Shown here in pieces: positions 1-4,882 of a DNA stretch of 5,161 bases. Origin of the DNA: Vibrio cholerae ATCC 14035 (GTDB taxonomy: Bacteria; Pseudomonadota; Gammaproteobacteria; Enterobacterales; Vibrionaceae); the NCBI RefSeq assembly GCF_000621645.1, contig NZ_KK211326.1, forward strand, positions 1,807-6,967. The letters run 5' to 3'. The notes beneath the pieces are model-generated. The model searched no databases, was not told the origin of the DNA, and saw only the letters and a list, made by a program, of their open reading frames with translations. Numbering within the stretch: the first letter of the stretch is position 1; each line of letters starts with the position of its first letter. The position numbers and the translations under genes were made by a program.

Positions 1-1
1 A

Positions 2-58
2 ATGTCGAAAGAGCGTGGTTTTGATACAAATCGGCTCATTTACGTTCAGCAGCAATAA
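2..58 (+). CDS. Probable 3' end of the upstream cassette ORF (partial; ..SKERGFDTNRLIYVQQQ*)
   Basis: The frame is open from the window edge to TAA at 56-58, just upstream of attC at 61, which is where a cassette ORF is expected to end. Only 18 codons are visible, so neither product nor reality can be judged. Confidence 0.3.
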   Translation: MSKERGFDTNRLIYVQQQ

Positions 59-60
59 AT

Positions 61-188
61 ACCTAACAAACGCCTCAAGAGGGACTGTCAACGCGTGGCG
101 TTTCCAGTCCCATTGAGCCGCGGTCGTTGCAGTTGTTGTGTTTGAGTTTAGTGTTATGCGTTGTCAGCCCCTTAGACGGGCGTTAGCA
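61..188 (+). repeat. attC site (VCR) no. 1
   Basis: Inverse core ACCTAAC (61-67) and core GTTAGCA (182-188). The internal arms are complementary (CGCCT..AGGCG; CTGTCAACGC..GCGTTG.CAG), as in folded attC. Confidence 0.95.
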
Positions 189-205
189 GCTATAGAGGAA
201 GAGAA

Positions 206-502
206 ATGATCCGGCACATATTGCTTATAAAGTTTAAAGCGTCGGCAGAGCCATCCGAAATTGAAAAATTAAAAGGCTTGTTTGCTTCAATGCCGGACAA
301 AGTGGATGGAGTTTTATCTGTTGAGTGGGGAGAAAATGATAGTCCTGAAGGTAAAAATCAAGGCTATTCACATTCGGTTTTAATGACATTTTCAGATGAG
401 AAAGGCAGGCAAAATTACTTGCCTCATCCAGAGCATGAAGTCCTGAAAAAAGTCTTTCGTCCGTTGCTTGAGGATATCGTGGTTTTTGATTACACAATTT
501 AA
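206..502 (+). CDS. Dabb family (stress-responsive alpha/beta-barrel domain) protein, 98 aa
   Basis: Complete ORF with RBS GAGGAAGAG 4 nt upstream of the ATG. The sequence MIRHILLIKFK...SVEWGENDSPEGKNQGYSHSVLMTFSDEKGRQNYLPHPEHEVLKKVFRPLLEDIVVFDY follows the Dabb signature as I remember it (hHhvLfKfK, G.N.SpEg...GythafvmtF.d......Yl.hP.H, d..vfDy). Confidence 0.88.
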   Translation: MIRHILLIKFKASAEPSEIEKLKGLFASMPDKVDGVLSVEWGENDSPEGKNQGYSHSVLMTFSDEKGRQNYLPHPEHEVLKKVFRPLLEDIVVFDYTI

Positions 503-514
503 TCTTTGGCACGC

Positions 515-641
515 AGCTAACAAACGCCTCAAGAGGGACTGTCAACGCGTGGCGTTTCCAGTCCCGTTGAGCCGCGGTGGTTTCGGTGTTGTGTTTGAGT
601 TGGGTGCTATGCGTTGCCAGCCCCTTAGGCGGGCGTTATGT
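515..641 (+). repeat. attC site (VCR) no. 2
   Basis: Inverse core AGCTAAC (515-521) and core GTTATGT (635-641), with a near-consensus VCR body. Confidence 0.95.
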
Positions 642-655
642 ACTAGGTAGAAAAA

Positions 656-1048
656 ATGAACAATAACATTAGATTGAATATGTACAGATATGTGTTCACA
701 GAACTCGCTTATATCGTGTTTTTGTGGCTTGTCTTCTATTGGCTTTCAAATGGTAATCATCATTTAATACAATCGCTTACATTAATAATGTGTTGTGGTG
801 CAGCTGCTAGGATCCTTATGTTATGGAATAAGTTTCGGCAAGGTTCTCTAAAAATATTAGGTGGGAATTTATTTTTCAAAGGTTTAGCTTGCGATGTAAC
901 TTTGTTGTATGACTTTCTGCCGTTAGGAATAGGCTCGACCATAAAGGTCTCATACTTTGAAGAGACTATGCAGAAACGTAGTATTTACATTCCGAAAAAT
1001 GCGCTAAGCCATGAACACTGGCAACAATTGTTAGATCAACGTACATAA
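656..1048 (+). CDS. Hypothetical small membrane protein, 130 aa (two predicted TM helices plus a ~70-aa soluble C-terminal domain)
   Basis: It is the only long ORF in cassette 636-1165. Hydrophobic stretches are YVFTELAYIVFLWLVFYWL and LIQSLTLIMCCGAAARILMLW, followed by a mixed beta-like region. The stop TAA (1046-1048) is the TAA of the attC inverse core. The RBS is weak (AGGTAG). I do not recognise a family; a 2-TM plus bacterial-PH-like architecture is only an impression. Confidence 0.7.
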   Translation: MNNNIRLNMYRYVFTELAYIVFLWLVFYWLSNGNHHLIQSLTLIMCCGAAARILMLWNKFRQGSLKILGGNLFFKGLACDVTLLYDFLPLGIGSTIKVSYFEETMQKRSIYIPKNALSHEHWQQLLDQRT

Positions 1049-1171
1049 CAAACGCCTCAAGAGGGACTGTCAACGCGTGGCGTTTCCAGTCCCAATGAGC
1101 CGCGGTGGTTGCAGTTGTTGTGTTTGAGTTTAGTGGTAATGCGTTGCCAGCCCCTTAGGCGGGCGTTATGT
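1043..1171 (+). repeat. attC site (VCR) no. 3
   Basis: Inverse core ACATAAC (1043-1049) and core GTTATGT (1165-1171). It is the only attC here followed directly by GCTTTTTTG (1172-1180). Confidence 0.95.
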
Positions 1172-1497
1172 GCTTTTTTGTTCAACATACCCTTTCTTCT
1201 TATTCATCCCTAATAAATTCAGTTTGTTACGTTCTCTTTGTCATGACTTTTATCGAATGCTGTTTGGCATAATATGCCCCCAAGGCGCCGACTCTTAATC
1301 TAGACAGACCTGTATTTGTCGTAAGCAAAATCGTTGGCTATTCAGTCTATTACCCTTACTTAAAGGGTTTGAGGATCCCGATACTCTTACTGATGACCAT
1401 TGTAAGAAACTCCGAATTAGAAACGTAAAGCGGTGTAAGCTCTCAATCGTAGGTTTCTAGAATTGAAAATATGCCATAAAAGGCATTACAGTCAGGC
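1172..1497. other. Body of an ORF-less cassette (no ORF over ~35 codons on either strand)
   Basis: I scanned all six frames by hand. The longest ATG-initiated ORFs are 9-14 codons: MTFIECCLA, MLFGIICPQGADS, MTIVRNSELET on +, and MNKKKGYVEQKST, MVISKSIGILKPFK on -. The longest alternative-start ORF is a 34-codon TTG ORF on the - strand with no RBS. The flanking attC sites are intact, so this is a bona fide cassette. Confidence 0.8.
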
Positions 1498-1623
1498 ACA
1501 TAACAAACGCTTCAAGCGGGACTGTCAACGCGTAGCGTTTCCAGTCCCATTGAACCGAAGTGGTTACGGCTGTTGGTTTAAGCTGTGCGGTAGCGTTGCC
1601 AGCCCCTTAAGCGGGCGTTATAT
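1498..1623 (+). repeat. attC site (VCR variant) no. 4
   Basis: Inverse core ACATAAC (1498-1504) and core GTTATAT (1617-1623). The body diverges moderately from the VCR consensus, with a compensatory arm change (CGCTT..AAGCG instead of CGCCT..AGGCG). Confidence 0.93.
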
Positions 1624-1640
1624 TTCTAAGAGGAAAAAAT

Positions 1641-2267
1641 TTGATCTCTGAGTATTTACCGATCACTGTAGTGGTTACATTAATATTATTCTGCACTCGT
1701 GAAATTCTCGATTTAACAAAGAGGTATCGTGATAAAAAACGCATGCTTGCAACTCTTAAGATTGTGGTATCTGAAGAGTTAAAAGACAATTATCATGCGT
1801 TAGATGCTTTATATTCTGTCTTGACCCAAGTAGATAAACTTCTGAAAATTGGTGAAAAGAGAATACCAGTATGGAAGAACATAAAAACTGATCGCTATGG
1901 AAATGATATGGCTCATATCGTTATCGGTGAAAATGGAGAGTATGGTGTGCTTCATATGGCATTCCCAAAGTTTTCAACAAAGCGCTACGAGTCATACATC
2001 AAGGATATAGCGTCTTTAGATCTTCAGTTATATGAAGCTATTACCAAATTCTATAAAGAGCTTCGCTACTGCGAGAAAATTCGTTGCGAAGTTATTGAGT
2101 ATCTAGAAAGGGACAATAATCATATCAACTGGGCTTTTGATTACCGTGTAAACTTTATGCTCGAACGTAAGCCAGAATATGAGTCCTTGTGTCAAAATCT
2201 TCATGAGCTTCTTTCTGGTAAATACATGAAAATAGATCGCAATGAAGTGGTTGAAATCGAAATATAA
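1641..2267 (+). CDS. Hypothetical N-terminally membrane-anchored protein, 208 aa, TTG start
   Basis: Strong RBS AAGAGGA (1628-1634) lies 6 nt before TTG at 1641. Residues 5-19 (YLPITVVVTLILFCT) form a hydrophobic helix followed by a basic patch KRYRDKKR. The rest is predicted helical and rich in charged residues and Tyr. The stop TAA (2265-2267) is inside the attC inverse core. The next in-frame ATG (1743, M35) would remove the TM segment and has no RBS. No family recognised. Confidence 0.75.
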   Translation: MISEYLPITVVVTLILFCTREILDLTKRYRDKKRMLATLKIVVSEELKDNYHALDALYSVLTQVDKLLKIGEKRIPVWKNIKTDRYGNDMAHIVIGENGEYGVLHMAFPKFSTKRYESYIKDIASLDLQLYEAITKFYKELRYCEKIRCEVIEYLERDNNHINWAFDYRVNFMLERKPEYESLCQNLHELLSGKYMKIDRNEVVEIEI

Positions 2268-2390
2268 CAAACGCCTCAAGAGGGACTGTCAACGCGCGGC
2301 GTTTCCAGTCCCATTGAGCCGCGGTGGTTATGGTTGTTGTGTTTGAGTTTAGTGGTAGTGCGTTGCCAGCCCCTTAGGCGGGCGTTAGCC
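2262..2390 (+). repeat. attC site (VCR) no. 5
   Basis: Inverse core ATATAAC (2262-2268) and core GTTAGCC (2384-2390), with a consensus VCR body. Confidence 0.95.
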
Positions 2391-2397
2391 CGCAAAT

Positions 2398-3435
2398 ATG
2401 ATATTACGTCAGTTAAATAGGATAGATATGTCTAGTTTTGATTTTCCTAAGTATCAAGCAAATCAAGAAGTAGGGAACACTGGTGAAGCTTTTTTTGAGC
2501 ATTTTGTAACTAAGGAGTTGGGTTGTATATACCGAAAAGTTCACCGAGAACATGATTTTGGCATCGATGGGTATATTGATATCGTCAATAATGGTGTGGT
2601 GAGTGGACGCTCGGTTGCAGTTCAAATCAAGTGTGGTGATAGCTATATCTCTAAAGTCACAAGCGGTGATATTAAATACTTGGGTGATAATAAGCACTTA
2701 AATTTCCTTATTAATCATAATGTTCCTGTTATTTTGGTTGTGCTTAACAGTGACTGTACTAAAGGGTATTGGGTGGAATTTTCTGTTAACGCAACTAATC
2801 CAAGTAGCAAATCATGGTGGATTGAAATTCCGTTTGAGAATCAGTTAGGCACTTTAGATATGACTAGTCTCTGTGATATCGCTGGAATTGCAGAGGATTA
2901 TTCCGAAGATATCAAAGTATCTTGGGCAATAAATTCTGCCATGGATGAACAGTCTGATATATCTTTTGTTCTTTCTAAGGAAGAAGTTGAAGAGCTTGAT
3001 TTATCGGGGATAAATCAAATGATGGAGCGTTACTTCAGAACGAAAGATTTGCTAATTTCAAATAGAAACAAAACTGTATTTTGGATCTTTGGATATGATG
3101 ATGACTCACGAGAATTATATGAGATTCCAGAAGTAAGAAGATGGTTTAAATTTACCTTAGAACAAGGTGTGCCTTGGTTCTACCTCCTAGATGTAGGTGC
3201 TGACCATATGAGTTTACCTATTAATATGTACTCATGCTGTAATATTTCAGTTAATAAACTAAGTTGTGGTTCAAAGTCAGTAGTTATTTCAAGTGTGTCA
3301 GATATTAATAATTGGGTAGAAGTAAACTTTGAAAATTTGAACCGTTTCGCTGATGAAAAGAAAATACCAGATAATATTTTAAAAGAAGTCTCTGAAAAAG
3401 TAATTACTTCAGTTCACCGTCTGGTTGCTGGCTAA
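2398..3435 (+). CDS. PD-(D/E)xK-like (DUF4365-type) putative nuclease domain fused to an uncharacterised C-terminal domain, 345 aa (335 aa if started at ATG 2428)
   Basis: It is the only long ORF of the largest cassette. The N-terminal ~130 aa carry G29-E30 (GEAFFEHF), D53-F-G-I-D57-G-Y-I-D61 (nt 2554-2580) and V75-Q76-I-K78 (nt 2620-2631). This is the E...D-x-G-I-D...Q-x-K arrangement I associate with DUF4365 and Mrr-like restriction-endonuclease folds. The C-terminal half (~aa 180-345) includes FGYDDDSRELYEIPEVRRWFKFTLEQGVPWFYLL and is unassigned. ATG 2428 has a better RBS (AGGA 2419-2422, 5-nt spacer) than ATG 2398, which has none. The stop TAA (3433-3435) lies in the attC inverse core. 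Confidence 0.8.
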   Translation: MILRQLNRIDMSSFDFPKYQANQEVGNTGEAFFEHFVTKELGCIYRKVHREHDFGIDGYIDIVNNGVVSGRSVAVQIKCGDSYISKVTSGDIKYLGDNKHLNFLINHNVPVILVVLNSDCTKGYWVEFSVNATNPSSKSWWIEIPFENQLGTLDMTSLCDIAGIAEDYSEDIKVSWAINSAMDEQSDISFVLSKEEVEELDLSGINQMMERYFRTKDLLISNRNKTVFWIFGYDDDSRELYEIPEVRRWFKFTLEQGVPWFYLLDVGADHMSLPINMYSCCNISVNKLSCGSKSVVISSVSDINNWVEVNFENLNRFADEKKIPDNILKEVSEKVITSVHRLVAG

Positions 3436-3555
3436 CAAACGGTTCAAGAGGGACAGCCAACGCTTGGCATTTTTACTATGCGTTGGTTTTTGTGGTTACG
3501 GTGTTATGCGGAAGCTTGGTAATGGCGTTGGCTGCCCCTTAACCGGGCGTTATGT
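3430..3555 (+). repeat. attC site no. 6, strongly divergent from VCR consensus
   Basis: Inverse core GGCTAAC (3430-3436) and core GTTATGT (3549-3555). It keeps the TAACAAAC and GGGCGTTA ends and the palindromic architecture, but the arms differ (CGGTT..AACCG; CAGCCAACGC..GCGTTGGCTG) and the central region is unrelated. Confidence 0.9.
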
Positions 3556-3568
3556 GTTTTCCTAGAAA

Positions 3569-3967
3569 ATGGAGTTTCTGATGAAAATTAGTCACCTTGA
3601 TCATTTGGTTCTGACTGTTGCAGATATTCCAACAACAACGAACTTTTATGAAAAAGTGTTGGGCATGAAAGCTGTTAGTTTTGGCGCTGGTCGGATTGCT
3701 CTAGAGTTTGGTCACCAGAAGATCAATCTTCATCAACTCGGTAATGAGTTTGAACCTAAAGCCCAAAATGTCAGAGTTGGGAGCGCAGATTTGTGCTTTA
3801 TTACCGACACAGTTCTGTCTGATGCGATGAAGCATGTGGAGAATCAAGGTGTGACTATCATGGAGGGGCCTGTAAAACGTACAGGTGCACAAGGTGCAAT
3901 CACATCATTCTATTTCAGAGACCCTGATGGGAATCTTATTGAAGTATCAACGTATTCAAACACATAA
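3569..3967 (+). CDS. VOC (glyoxalase/bleomycin-resistance/extradiol dioxygenase fold) family protein, 132 aa; more likely starts at ATG 3581 (128 aa)
   Basis: Shows HLDHLVLTVADI..T.NFYEKVLGM near the N-terminus and FYFRDPDGNLIEVS near the C-terminus, which are typical VOC beta-alpha-beta-beta-beta module signatures with candidate metal ligands His and Glu. GGAG (3571-3574) sits 6 nt before ATG 3581 and overlaps the first ATG, favouring 3581. The stop TAA (3965-3967) is in the attC inverse core. Confidence 0.88.
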   Translation: MEFLMKISHLDHLVLTVADIPTTTNFYEKVLGMKAVSFGAGRIALEFGHQKINLHQLGNEFEPKAQNVRVGSADLCFITDTVLSDAMKHVENQGVTIMEGPVKRTGAQGAITSFYFRDPDGNLIEVSTYSNT

Positions 3968-4090
3968 CAAACGCCTCAAGAGGGACTGTCAACGCGTAGC
4001 GTTTCCAGTCCCATTGAGCCGCGGTGGTTTCGGTTGTGGTGTTTGAGTTTAGTGGTCATGCGTTGCCAGCCCCTTAGGCGGGCGTTAGGC
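3962..4090 (+). repeat. attC site (VCR) no. 7
   Basis: Inverse core ACATAAC (3962-3968) and core GTTAGGC (4084-4090), with a consensus VCR body. Confidence 0.95.
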
Positions 4091-4124
4091 ATTAATCGTT
4101 CGACTATCAAATTTAGCTGATACA

Positions 4125-4427
4125 ATGCTCTTAATATTCAAAGTAGTAGAGTTTTTAAGTATGGACATAGGCAAGTTAACGCGAAAAGAACTGATAGAAT
4201 TAAATCATAGGATCGTAGCTCGTTTGGAGCATCTGGATGAACTTGAAGTTCAAGCCAAAAGGCAAGAGTTCATACTTGGTTCGCCGGCGCAGTTTGTCGA
4301 TGATAAAGGCACTATTCAGCTATGTGTTGTCGTTAAGTTCAATAAGAAGTCAGTATCAGTGTCAACAGCAAATGGTGAGCGTTGGAACATTCCAGCAGAA
4401 CGAATACTACCGTTGGCAAATGCCTAA
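4125..4427 (+). CDS. Hypothetical small protein, 100 aa (88 aa if started at ATG 4161); N-terminal helix plus small beta-rich C-terminal domain
   Basis: It is the only ORF in cassette 4085-4544 that does not read into the repeat. Neither ATG has a good RBS. The first 12 codons (MLLIFKVVEFLS) look like non-coding read-in, and a TACAAT -10-like hexamer (4121-4126) overlaps ATG 4125, so 4161 (MDIGKLTRKELIELNHRI...) is plausible. The C-terminus (GTIQLCVVVKFNKKSVSVSTANGERWNIP) looks SH3/KOW-like, which is an impression only. The stop TAA (4425-4427) is in the attC inverse core. Confidence 0.65.
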   Translation: MLLIFKVVEFLSMDIGKLTRKELIELNHRIVARLEHLDELEVQAKRQEFILGSPAQFVDDKGTIQLCVVVKFNKKSVSVSTANGERWNIPAERILPLANA

Positions 4428-4550
4428 CAAACGCCTCAAGAGGGACTGTCAACGCGTGGCGTTTCCAGTCCCAATGAGTCGCGGTGGTTTCGGTTGTTGT
4501 GGTTGAGTTTAGTGGTAGTGCGTTGCCAGCCCCTTAGGCGGGCGTTAGGT
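4422..4550 (+). repeat. attC site (VCR) no. 8
   Basis: Inverse core GCCTAAC (4422-4428) and core GTTAGGT (4544-4550), with a consensus VCR body. Confidence 0.95.
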
Positions 4551-4621
4551 GTTCATCAGCTATGTGAACCAAAAGTTGAGCGTGAACGTAAAACCGATTT
4601 TCGAAACTTCGGTTATTTGAG

Positions 4622-4873
4622 ATGGAACTGAATACGGCAATCGAGTCAAGAATTATAGAAATGGCATGGGAAGACCGCACCCCATTCGAAGCAATCAAGC
4701 ATCAATTTGGTCTGAACGAAGCTGAAGTGATTAAGTTTATGCGCAGTCGACTCAAACCTAGTAGTTTTAAATTATGGCGTGGTCGTGTTTCGGGCCGTAA
4801 CACAAAACATGCGAAGTTGCGCAGCTCAGAAATTAGTAGAGGCTACTGCCCAACCCAGTACAAGCATCGCTAA
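4622..4873 (+). CDS. TIGR03643 / DUF2805-like small conserved protein, 83 aa
   Basis: The core RIIEMAWEDRTPFEAIKHQFGLNEAEVIKFMRSRLKPSSFKLWRGRVSGRNTKHAKLR matches my memory of the highly conserved TIGR03643 (DUF2805) family motif (MAWEDRTPFEAI...FGL.E.EVI..MR..LK..SF..WR.RV.GR.TKH..LR). The stop TAA at 4871-4873 lies 9 nt upstream of the attC. Confidence 0.85.
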   Translation: MELNTAIESRIIEMAWEDRTPFEAIKHQFGLNEAEVIKFMRSRLKPSSFKLWRGRVSGRNTKHAKLRSSEISRGYCPTQYKHR

Positions 4874-4882
4874 CTGGCACAC

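Noticed and set aside
468-650. Track ORFs 468..650 (+), 1463..1651 (+), 4237..4506 (+) and 234..545 (-) share the peptide NKRLKRDCQRVAFPVP.. (on the - strand, its reverse-complement translation).
   Set aside because: They are translations of the attC/VCR repeat itself; the shared peptide is simply TAACAAACGCCTCAAGAGGGACTGTCAACGCGTGGCGTTTCCAGTCCC read in one frame. They run across cassette boundaries, overlap better-supported genes and lack an RBS. They are not genes.
1172-1497. Mini-ORFs in the ORF-less cassette (MTFIECCLA, MPPRRRLLI, MLFGIICPQGADS and MTIVRNSELET on +; MNKKKGYVEQKST, MVISKSIGILKPFK and a 34-codon TTG ORF on -).
   Set aside because: All are very short, have no Shine-Dalgarno sequence at proper spacing and show no compositional signal. 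I cannot support calling any of them a CDS, so the region is reported as non-coding.
760-3892. Antisense ORFs 760..942 (-), 1607..1789 (-), 2413..2697 (-) and 3701..3892 (-).
   Set aside because: Each lies entirely within, or mostly opposite, a longer and better-supported + strand ORF. They have low-complexity or odd composition and no RBS. A - strand gene would break the uniform cassette orientation without having its own context. They are typical shadow ORFs in AT-rich DNA.
4316-4566. Shared 11-mer TCAGCTATGTG at 4316-4326 and 4556-4566.
   Set aside because: A few exact 11-mer repeats are expected by chance in a 5-kb window. One copy is inside a CDS and the other is in a leader, with no extended similarity around them.
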